Source: Marsupella aquatica (Eukaryota; Plantae; Marchantiophyta). Taken from it: 64,000 bases of DNA. Within the stretch, counting starts at the first letter, position 1, and each line of letters opens with the position of its first letter. A program made the position numbers and the translations under genes. The stretch is taken from contig OZ316894.1 of NCBI GenBank assembly GCA_973895155.1, forward strand, positions 15,926,699-15,990,698, in the 5' to 3' direction. The notes beneath the pieces were generated by a model that was not told the origin of the DNA, ran no database searches, and saw nothing but the letters and a program-made list of their open reading frames with translations. Shown in pieces: positions 30,001 through 40,409 of this stretch.

Positions 30001-32471
30001 AAAGAGCACGGCCCTTAGGAGAGATCTTCGGAGACATGGTAGCTGAAGGATGTAGAACTTGTCATACAAGCTAGCAAAAATATTGCTCCTATCTAAAGCT
30101 TGTCAAAGGTCAGCATAAACGACTTAATATTATTTATAATCAAAGTCCCCATGAAGGACTTTGTCTACTCATCCTCTGATTGAGATTTACAGCTTTCATC
30201 AATCATCTCGAATTAATACACACTGGAACATTGCCCGACATTGGAAACCAGCAATCTGACATCCATGATCATTAGTTAGCTGTGAACTTTTACTTTGCAT
30301 CTGACAACAACTGACACCGACTTCATTTCGTTGACCTCAACAATGGATCCCTCGGCGACAATTTTCATGTCGAAAACAAACTCACAATTGAAAGACAATC
30401 AAAAAGATGTGCTCACCAGCTTCAGCTCCGCCTTGGCTCTCTCATCATGTGCCTGCTTCACACGTTTCGTAAATAACATGGGGTCTTCAGCTAAGAAATG
30501 GACTTGGATCCTGGGTTCATGAATTCAAGCAGTAAAACATTCTCATAATTCAAGTTCGCAGACTTCAGGAGACATCAGTCAGTGTCCTTTGAGCATTCAT
30601 CTCCCTTACTCTATTGGAAAGAATTTATCCAGCCTATTTATGCGCTTATCCGGTATTATTTAGCCATGGTCTGTTGTTAGAAGTTGGCAAAGCATGACCA
30701 TGAAGAGAAGACACTACTGTAACAAATCGAACACGGGTGCTTGCTGTCTCAGTACTAATAAGAGGAGATTGGAGAGACAATTTAAGCATTATGTTATGAT
30801 CTGCAACCAAAAGCATGGCTTCCAGGACCCAACTCATTTTTCTGCACCTGGAGACCAGCGAAATATTAGATTATTCACCTGGGAAGCCAAGATGTGTGTC
30901 CAGTGTCCTCCCATTGTGCCAGGTAAGTATTGCTTTCGGGAAGGAAATCTGTTATGATGCAGTTTTTCCACTCACACTTTCCACCGGAACTTGTATCCGC
31001 TGCAATGGCAGGAACTTTTGTCACTTTGTCCACCCTGTTGAAAAAATCAAATTAGCCAGAGAGGCGTTACTTTTGAACAATGATCGGGTTCAATCCCCAC
31101 ATAGATCAGCAACTGAGACACTAGTCAGCCGGAAATTTATACCTTTTACAAAACGCGCGGTATTCATATTGCTCACGAGCCTTCTTATGAATTTAATAAA
31201 TATTCTCGACCACACTCGAATATTTAAGCCCAATCGCACACACCACAAGGTTTTCTTTCCATAGAATCGATTAGAATGGAATAGGGACAAGTTCAAAATG
31301 AAGTTTTCCTCTCAGAAGCCGAAGACTCTGGGACAAGAACTAATCACCATTGATGAGGGTAACGGGTTTCATAGTCCGTGTTGTCGAAAAGATGAAGCGG
31401 AAGTTTCTTATTGTCAAAATCCAACTGGTCAGGAACAAGTCCTTCCTTTACCAGCAAATCTTTTACATTTTGGGTTGCGTAGAGCCTCTTTTTTCTGTAT
31501 GAAGGCACATCTACCGTCAGTCTATTTCAACATGCTCACAATAAGTAAGCAGCAAGGTGATGTTTATTTGGCATGACCTAAAGACAACACTGAAGGAAGT
31601 ACGTAGTAAAAGAACAGTTTTCTTCTACAAACGAAGACAATATTGGTATGTCATTCAGTATCAATGTTCCGACAAAATGTGCTCTTGCATTCTTTCAGAT
31701 ATTCATTTACCTTTCAACTTGCACTTTGCGTGGAAGTTCACCAACTTTTGTGACGTATGGAACCATAACCTTTGGGTCCACAATAGTTTCGACGGCATCA
31801 AGCTGGGCCTACAGGATATGAGAGTCCTACATTAGCTCGTGTTTAGCCCTCAGATAGAACCCTAAAAAACGAACTGGATACATCACATCCTATTTCAGAC
31901 ATGAGATCATCTTCGTCTCAAGGGCCTTATGGAAAAACAGAACGACAAGGACATTGACATCCATGTGACCCTCTAATTCAGCAGTGATGGTTCAAAAAAC
32001 AAAATAAATGACAGGTTTCACCAATATACCCGATATACTCTGCAAACTTTCGCGTGCTATCCCTGAGTACTAAACGAGCGTTCTTTCCATCCAACATCAA
32101 TTACGTTGAAAAACCCAGACCTCAAGAAATGTCAGCGGAAAATTAAGTCTTGTCGCCGTTCTCGGCCAAAGCCCGTTGGTTTTTCAGCAAGAGCAGAATT
32201 GCAATTACCTCGAGGGACGTCCGCTTAACACCAGTAATATTTTGGGATTCTCCCATCTGAACATCAGGTGAGTTTTTTGTCTCCTCGGGTTCTTTACTTT
32301 TGTCATCCAGCCTTGATTTCCCTGATATGTGGACAGAATAGTCAGATTATTGTTGTGTAGTAAAGAAAGGGATCCACTAACTACTAACCCTAACATATCC
32401 AAATACGGAAAAGCTGAGAGTATCATCTCACCTTTGGGCCGTGCTTGACTGGGCCGAGCTGGTGTAGCCAT
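1..32471 (-). CDS. DNAH1: Axonemal inner-arm dynein heavy chain, DNAH1/Chlamydomonas DHC2-like (3' end lies beyond the window start)
   Basis: Manual splicing gives one continuous frame of ~3939 codons over 52 exons, in transcription order: 32432-32471, 32209-32321, 31711-31808, 31348-31494, 30879-31034, 30417-30510, 29581-29861, 29008-29247, 28426-28708, 27473-27724, 26861-27045, 25857-25951, 25216-25400, 24442-24687, 23915-24268, 22948-23211, 22347-22736, 21743-21970, 21107-21199, 20353-20514, 19796-19927, 19104-19361, 18639-18907, 18073-18259, 16951-17238, 16324-16467, 15061-15252, 14300-14725, 13011-14057, 12462-12623, 11254-11490, 10864-11031, 10088-10396, 9559-9909, 8915-9166, 8378-8542, 7773-7946, 7185-7487, 6678-6836, 6235-6531, 5680-5877, 5266-5391, 4822-5094, 4335-4439, 3869-4084, 3549-3731, 2966-3118, 2444-2794, 1929-2033, 989-1486, 509-661, 1-32. 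Dynein motifs: P-loops [24 protein letters not shown] and GVGGSGRQ, plus [34 protein letters not shown] and [15 protein letters not shown]. The tail motifs [32 protein letters not shown] and [24 protein letters not shown] match the DNAH1 subfamily as I recall it. Start exon [13 protein letters not shown] is less certain than the rest. Confidence 0.95.
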
Positions 32472-34638
32472 ATTGCACCGCTGACTTCAATGACTTCCAC
32501 GGGTCAGTGGCAAGCTAAGGTCACTGCAGAATGTGTTTAGTGCAAACCAACACTGTAGTTGAAACTGGTCACGCATTTGAAACTTTCCCTATTGGACCTT
32601 TAAAACGCGCACTACCCCACGTACACAATAATTGATGGGAAGTCCGTCCTCGTTAGCGCTTCGCAAAGCACACCGGCCCTGTTAACTACTGCAATATATA
32701 CAGAGCCTTCAAAAGTTTATATATTCCACGTACTGCTTGATGAGCTCCAACTCCAAACTCTGCAAACAAGACATCCGAGCTTCAATCTCCAAACTACGAA
32801 AACTTCACGTATGTAGGTGCCTGGAATCAAACAATTTGTCTCTTCATTTCTGAGGGTAAGACGTGAGTGAATTCTTATTCTCGAGTCCAGATTTCCGTCC
32901 AGTGTTGCAACTTCAGTTGCTCTTGGGCTAGAGATCTCTAAGCCGGCTTAGCGAAAGTAAGTCAGAGTTTTTCACTGAGGATCTCGACTGATGATCTCTT
33001 TGGAAACCCCTTCCGAGCAACGAACAACAGTTTTTTTGGAGATTGACTTGGGCAGTCACAGATTAACGATGAACAAGGGTTAGCGAGACACTCCAACATC
33101 CTTCCAGCATTCTCCTGTTTACCCTACAAGACCTAACATTTACACCACTATTGCGCGGTAGGATGGGGAATTCCTCGCCTGAGCTCAACGAGAGTCAGGG
33201 AATGGAGACTATTTACTCTTGCCTAAAATGAAGTTCGACGAGAAATTCCCACGAGGTGTGTCCGAGGTCACCTGCTCTACGACTGAATGGTTTGGACCCG
33301 TCCTCCGTGTAAGTTTTGAGTGATCAGCTTTCTAATCAAAGCAGAAAATAATGAAGGATGAAATTAAGGCTTCTGCTCTTTGACATTCCCTGGTAGCAAA
33401 AGGAGAGATCGCCAAGAAATTTTGCAAGCTCAAGGAGACTGCAACAAGTCTTTGAGACAAACTATTTTGTCGAATGACGTTTTGTCTATCCCCCAAGATT
33501 CTACCGCCGCCTGATATTCTGACCTGATTTGTAGGTAAGAATGGTAACCTCTGAGCTAATCCGCCTCAAAATCGAATCTTCCAGATGTTGCTTGGGGCCA
33601 CGACTCCGAGACTGATAAGTGAAGTCCTTCAGGGAAACCAGTTTGAGCTTTGTATGCATAGTTCCTTCTTGATAATCCTGCATAATTGCCGGGTAAGAAA
33701 CTGATCCACATGCTCTTAGTTTAAATTAGCGAAGGCCAGACCCTCAAAATTCAGACCCTTGGCAATCTTGTCGATGAACCGCGTCGGAGCCCTGCAACAA
33801 CATGGCACACGAGCAGTCGATAGGTAGAAAAAAGACTCCACATCCACCAACCGAATTGTAAGGCAAGCCATCCACGGCACAAAAACAAACGGTCACATTC
33901 CTCGGATAATGCCCTGAAGGATTAAGAATCGAAAGGGCAAGGGTTCTCAAAGCAATTCCTTCCTTCCTCTGTCCACGTCCCACAAAGCAGCTCAGTTCCT
34001 GGTCTCAGCGATGCAAAAATAATAACTTGAGAGTACAGTAGGCTGACTTCTACCCTGTGATGAATTCCAAAGCATGGAATTCACCGCGTGAACCGAGTAA
34101 CTGCTCGACAGAAACGCCACATTTCGGGAGGGGATTCCGCAATCGAATCGTCTACACAAACGCCAACTTTTGTACGTGGCTATCATATCATTGGCTAAAG
34201 ACCAACAGCAGTAGGGGGCGTTGGACAATGTCATCTAAGCTATGCTCTTCACTAAATTGTGTACGATGTTGCGAAATCTACCACAACAATCATGAAGGAG
34301 AGCGTGAATGATGAGTGGGAGTCGTCAAAGGTGGTTATAGAGGAAAAATGGGCAGTGGAACCATAACCCCCTACAATCTCTGGCCTTCAAACACCTTCTT
34401 AATATTTCATAGAAAAAGGCAGCATACAGAGTGAGGGCAGTAATAACCCCTACAATCTCTCTTCTTCCTCTCTGCCCTGAAATTCAAATGACTGTACAGT
34501 ACAACAGGAACATTTCCCGGCAACAGCATCGATACTTGTATGTAGAAAAGATGGAAGGAGGTCGCTCAGTGGCCGTTGGTTTTGATTTCTTCGGGTTTCT
34601 GTTGGATCGGAGATCGGGTCACCTCTCCTTCCGACCGA

Positions 34639-34774
34639 TCTTCTTCAGTTGATGAACTAAAGAGCTTACGATTTCCAAACCATTCTTCTTCGGTTGATGA
34701 ATGAAAGAGCTTACGCTTTCCAAACCATTCTTCTTCAGTTGAGGAATAAAAGAGCTTACGATTTCCAAACCATT
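34639..34774. repeat. 45-bp tandem repeat x3
   Basis: Unit TCTTCTTC(A/G)GTTGA(T/G)GAAnnAAAGAGCTTACG(A/C)TTTCCAAACCAT starts at 34639, 34684 and 34729. Confidence 0.9.
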
Positions 34775-36779
34775 AAAAAGCGTGGAAGGGATCTTGTGAG
34801 TTGAGGATATACTACTAGCCCAATTCTCTCAAGTGTTGCAAACTATTGTAGACAGTGAGGCTGAGCGGAATTGTTGTAAGCATAAGTGATATGGTCAGGC
34901 AATCAAACACTCTTGGGAGTCGGCAAGCAAGCCTGCCTGCCTGGCAATGATGCCAAGGATTGTGCTTCTAAAGGGGAGAGAAGGGTTGGGTTGGAAAGGA
35001 TGCACAACGGCACCTTTTGGTTCATCTTATAGTTAAGAAAAACCATTACCTTAATATAATGGAATGGGGGGGCTTTTCACTAGAATGACATTTCACAAAC
35101 AAACCATAAGAAAAAAAGAGTGGGATCGCATATTATAATTGTTAGATTAGATAGATGGACCTTCAAGCATCAGAGTTCTTGAGATTCTCAAACATTACGA
35201 GAGCTCTAGATTGTTCTCCATCTATCTCTTTGTAGGGAAAAATCAAGGGTGACAGAGAAAAGAACCTAGTCCACTTTATTTCTGAGAACAGGCCATCGCA
35301 ACAACTCTACAAGTCAACATTTTAGCTTAATTTTGGACAGAAAATCTGACTTTGACGGAGAGTCCATGTTAGAGGTGACTATTTTTCTACAATTTTTGCG
35401 GAAAGATTTCAAATAGAATAAATTCAATACTTATGACTGATGGCTCCTTGGTGACAAGAAGATGCAGGAAATGAAGAAAGCAGCACAAAAGAAAGGATTT
35501 GCATGAAAACTTTTTTAGCAACCACCTTGGTGTAAAATAGAGTTTTAAAGTTTAATTTTTCTAAAATAAGCACCAACATATACAAAAGAGATGAGTTTAG
35601 AGATAGGTCTACTATCAAGCAACTTTGTGTGATGTCAGTGCAATTAGCTTTGATTTCATTCAATTGGGTTTTGACACAGTTTGAGTCCATCACAAATTTT
35701 CAATTCAATTCACTTAGGAAAATTTTAGTTGAATTTTGTTTGTACTGAAAGTCATTCATGATATTTAGCATGATCCATACTAATTCTTCCTGACTTGATT
35801 TTGATTTATTACAATTAGTGTGATTCACATGAATTCTGCCGGGCAAGATTTTGATTTGTAACAAAATTTTGGTCTAGACTAAGCATTGACCCACACTAAT
35901 TCCTTACTAAGGCTAAATAATCTAGTAAGTGTGTATAAAAGTAAGGCTCCCTTGGCTAGCATCAGGATGCACTTTCTCTTGCTAGTTCCTTTTAGGGTCT
36001 TTGGGCAAGGACAACCTTGGTTCTTCTCTTCCTTGTAGTGCCTCAATTGATATTCCCAAGCTAGTGATGGCTCTAGACAAACAATAGTTACTTTCCTCCT
36101 TTTGTCCATTATGTATCTGTCCATTGGGACAAATACCCAGTGACGCAGGGAAACCCAGGGTGCCATGGTTATTGTGTCAGGATGTGATGTGATCAGGCAT
36201 AATGGGTGTGAGTTATACAAGGCTAGATCTTGACTACATAGCATAATTATCTGTAAGACATATTGTTTGGATGTGAGGGCCCCTCTGTTGATTCCCATCT
36301 GACAGTCCCTCTGTTGATCAGTGTGATGAACTTTTCACCTTGTACTAACATGTCTCAAAGTTGTGGGAGAAAATTTCACACATCCTCTCCTTGGTCTTGG
36401 ATGCTAAAGAAGATGATGATTTCAATATGTGAAAGACAATTAATAAACCAGCAATTGACAACAGCACAAAGATACATGATTTACCTCGTCTAGACTACAG
36501 TTGGGGTTAAGAGAAGAATCTCTATGAACAATCATCTTTGTGGTTTGCATTTTTGTACCTTTCTTTTGAGTTTGGTGTTTGTCCTTTTTGGACCACTTTT
36601 TTTTTTTCATTGTACTTTGTTAAACTTCTTTTTATTAAATGGGTCCTTTTCCTATGTCTTGAATAACAAAAGACATATGTAGCCAATTTTTTGGAAACTG
36701 AAAGGCATCTGCAGAGGGATGAGTGTACTGCTTAATATTGTAGTCTCATCCTGGTTTGTGTAACTCGAGCACCAACATG

Positions 36780-36982
36780 TTTCTAGTGACTTTGCATATT
36801 GTGTCAATTGGTTCAATTGGTTTCTAGTGACTTTTACATGTTGTGCCGATTGGAAAGTGACTTTACATGTTGTGTCAATTCATTTTCCACCCACACCCCA
36901 ATTACTTCATTTACACCCCTGGAGTCACAACATGTAAAGACACAACATGTAAAGTCACTAGAAACCAACTAGAAACCAATTG
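36780..36982. repeat. Direct plus inverted repeat cluster (MITE or DNA-transposon subterminal-like; hairpin-forming)
   Basis: Perfect 21-bp inverted repeat AGTGACTTTACATGTTGTGTC (36856-36876) / GACACAACATGTAAAGTCACT (36939-36959). Further direct copies at ~36780 and ~36821 and a partial inverted copy at ~36926. Confidence 0.75.
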
Positions 36983-38625
36983 GACGCAAATTGGTGAATG
37001 GACAACAGACTTGAATACTGTCACCTCTATCATGTTGAAAGAATGGACAATTAGGCTGGTTAGAGTGAAGACTCTAGACTGTGATTCTAGGACAATAACT
37101 GAAGTTGAGGGTGCAGGTGGAAAACAAAGATTGGATGCAGAGTGAGTTTCTGAATATGGCATGGAGTGTAACACCAGAAACCAATTGAATACAATAATGG
37201 ACAACCAGTTTGCATGTGGCCACCTATTTTTGTTATAGCTATTATAGCTATTTGTTCTAATACTTTCCTATCTTAACTCATTTAAAAGTTATATGAAAGT
37301 TATGTTATCATATCCTGTTTTAATTTACTAACATAATCATTGGAGATAAAGGAAACTGAAGCCAAGATGGACCACCATGTTGGACTTAGTGCTCCCATGG
37401 AGCGCAACCAAGGGAGTTTAAGGCCCATAACTTGATGAATCTGAGTCCTAAAATAATTGTTAGTTTTGCACCCCAAGCAACTAGAGAAGGAGGAGACATA
37501 AAGAAACACAAACCCAACTCTACAACTATAATAAGGGATTGGGCCTGTTTTCGTCCTTCGTCCCAATACCAAAAAACTCCTGGCCGGGAAAGATTCACAA
37601 CCGTTGGATTTAATTAGCTGTTTTCCCTGACCATTGATGGAATAAATGTGCACCCCTGGCACATAAGTGCTTCCCGCTGCCCCATAAAATAATGCCCCGG
37701 TCCGACTCCCTATGGGCCGGCCCTCCTTGCACAGGGCAATGCAGTGGCATAGGGCTCATATTCCACATTAACACAATGAAAAGTCTTTTAATGGAATTTA
37801 CCCCTCCTCATTTAATGACAAAAAACTCTGGCCAAAAAATCAATCACTTTGATAGAAATATAGCTTACCTACTCTTCTAGCATATCCTCAAAACTAAAAC
37901 ATAATGAATTTATAAATATCAAGTTATTACAATTAAACTTGAATTTTGAGAACTGTGGTTCGTGGGGTTTCAAAGACCAACCTTGTGGTCCATGGGGGCT
38001 TCAAATTTGAGATAAAGTAATGGATCTGGATTTATTATTGTTATTATAAATGAAGATAGGGGCAGCAACCTGGCTTGCCTCAGACAAGGAGATGTGGATT
38101 ATGGACAAAATAGCAATATTGAGACTCTTATTGAGCCTCACGCATTAATTACCCCATAAATACTACCCGATGCCTGTATAGATATATATACAATATCCAG
38201 TTTCTATAATAAATACTAGGAGCGATTGAGTGAGGTCAGCAGCTGCCCTAGACTGGGTGGTAGTAGGGCTGAGTGGGACAATGGAGGTGCAAGGTCTGAA
38301 ACCAGCACCATAGTATTCTTACACTCACCCCACCCAAAAGTGGGGTACATTCATGCTATTGTGCCTTAAAAAAACTTGAACTTCACGGGCAGCGATTGCA
38401 GGCAGCGATGTAAGGGAGGCTCTTAATGAGCCTCGATATTGTTTCTCGTGGTGAGTTTAGATCAGTCAGGTTGGGTGTTGGAGCTCTGCCCTTAGGTCCT
38501 ATTTTTCATCAAGATGATAGGCTTGAAAATGAGCAAAATGAGTATGCAATTCTGGAAGGGAAAGCAGAGAAAGAAAATTCCAAAAAAAACATAATGGGGG
38601 AGGGGGGCTCTGTAGTCAGTTAACC

Positions 38626-38768
38626 TCAAACTAGATGGAATACCAAAGACTGTATATGAATACATTCAAATTAGATGGATCAACAAAGTAGATATATGGG
38701 GGCCTAAGTTAAATTCAAAATAGATGGAATAACAAAGAATATATCAAGGGGTCCCAATTAGATTCAAA
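38626..38768. repeat. Diverged ~40-48-bp tandem repeat, about 3 copies
   Basis: Recurrent TCAAAnTAGATGGA(A/T)nA(A/C)CAAAG core at ~38626, ~38666 and ~38715. Confidence 0.55.
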
Positions 38769-40207
38769 CAAGTTTTACTTACTTTGTCACTAAAGATATT
38801 CAAATGATAATACAGTCATGTTTTCTTTTGTATTCATAAATATGCCTTAGATTCATATAAACATGACAAGGGTTCCACAATGCAACAAAGGTGAAAATAT
38901 CCTAAAAGAGGGACATTTTTGTAAATATAATAAAACTATGATAGTATTGTAAAAATTAGAATATCTTTTAGTGGCAAAGTAGTAAGAAGTTGTAGATTCA
39001 AAATGGATGAAATAGCAAAGAAGACAATACTCATAGGTTGAAATGAGAATGAAAACAATAACCAAAGAAAAATTGAGCTCAGGAGAGATATGCCATACTG
39101 AGTGTCACGTTTACCCGTTAATTAAAAGAGAAGAGGCTCAGGTTAGTTTTAATATAGTTTTAATAATTGTAATTTGTGCCCGAATCGGGATAGCACTACG
39201 GCAATACGTGCGGAGTCGCCGACGGTAGGACGGTAGGACTGGAGACGGTGGCGCCAAAGGAATTTTGGATGGAAGCCGACACAAAGAACTGCAGCGAGCA
39301 GTGGGAACCGCTCTTTGAGGTTTGAGGTTTCGCGAAAGCCAGGCCAAATGTGACCCTGTGACTCTGTGAGGTAGCAACCATTCCAACGCCCAGGGGTCCC
39401 GTACAGGATTCATCGATGTGCGAGAGATTCGAGGGCGTTTTGGGAGAAGCAGAATCTTGAACGCCTTGGAATAAGTAGAGCCGAACGTAGTTGTGAGGGA
39501 GGAGGGGGGTCGTTGCACCTCGAGTCTGGGTTTGAGAGATCTCGAGGTTTTTAAAACAGGACGAACGAGCTGCTGTGAAGCAACGAGGCAGGCAGGCTGA
39601 AGGTTGGACGTTCTCCTATACTGGAGTTTGGCTTGGATTGCTTTCTTTTCGGTAGTTGAAGAGTAGTCGAAAGACGTAGCAGACGAGAATGAACTGATGT
39701 CGCGTAGAGAAATCGGTAGTGTTTGTTGGTGGGAGACGAAAGAGGGTTTTGGAAGAGAGGCGGGGGAGGAAGAACTGGACTGATCTTAGGCGGCCATCGG
39801 GAGGCCGGCGAGAGCGTTACCTCTCGCTGTAGTGTTGGTGCATGATCGTTGCTTCTCGTTGTTCTCTCTTTTCCTCTCACTCAGTCTTTGAGAGTGCTCT
39901 TTCGACCCGTCAGTTCGTTCGCAACGACAGTCCTAGGTTGAATCATTTTGTAAAAGCTCCGGAATCTTCGTTGCTCTTTTAATTAACACTGTCTCCTTCA
40001 AGTCGTTCGCAACTAGGTCGAAGCATTTTCTCAAGCTCTCTAAAATAAACCTTAGTTCTACTCGCACTGTCTCGTTTCGTTTGCTACTAGATCTGGTTTA
40101 ATCATTAGTCAAATCTCGGCACAGAAATCTTAGTTTTACAAGCACTCTGTGCACGGGCATTGCGAACATTCCATGATCTTTGAATTTGACGCACTAAAAC
40201 TTTTGCA

Positions 40208-40327
40208 ATGATGGCCCCTGTAGTTCGCTTCAACGCCTCTGCGGGAATCGGGACTCTCAATTATCATACTCCAAGAAGCACCTGGAAAAAAAAACATCTC
40301 GCCTGGTTTCTTCCCTGTCCCGTGTGA
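40208..40327 (+). other. Upstream ORF (39 aa) in the 6PGD leader; possible frameshifted transit-peptide start
   Basis: ATGATGGCC at 40208 reads MMAPVVRFNASAGIGTLNYHTPRSTWKKKHLAWFLPCPV* through an A9 run (40286-40294). It is out of frame with the 6PGD ATG by one nucleotide. Confidence 0.45.
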
Positions 40328-40409
40328 TTTCACCCTGCGGACGAGGCCAGCGGACGGACGGACAACACTTTCGTTAGGCAAAGTCCCAGGAGAAAGGAAG
40401 AGGGTAGAG

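Noticed and set aside
690-31835. Numerous plus-strand ORFs of 60-206 aa inside the dynein gene (e.g. 6889-7509, 10883-11470, 19556-20017)
   Set aside because: They are antisense shadows of dynein exons with no recognisable domains.
32472-34300. Separate protein-coding gene upstream of dynein
   Set aside because: Only short ORFs with no recognisable similarity. The candidate splice sites fit a spliced dynein 5' UTR, which cannot be established without transcripts.
34639-34774. CRISPR-like array
   Set aside because: Units are contiguous with no unique spacers, the context is eukaryotic and there are no cas genes.
35879-36298. 139-aa minus-strand ORF as a transposase or gene fragment
   Set aside because: I could not recognise any motif; a database search would be needed.
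36817-36968. CACTA transposon termini (TTTCTAGTG ... CACTAGAAA)
   Set aside because: The CACTA motifs point outward rather than enclosing an element, and I found no TSD.
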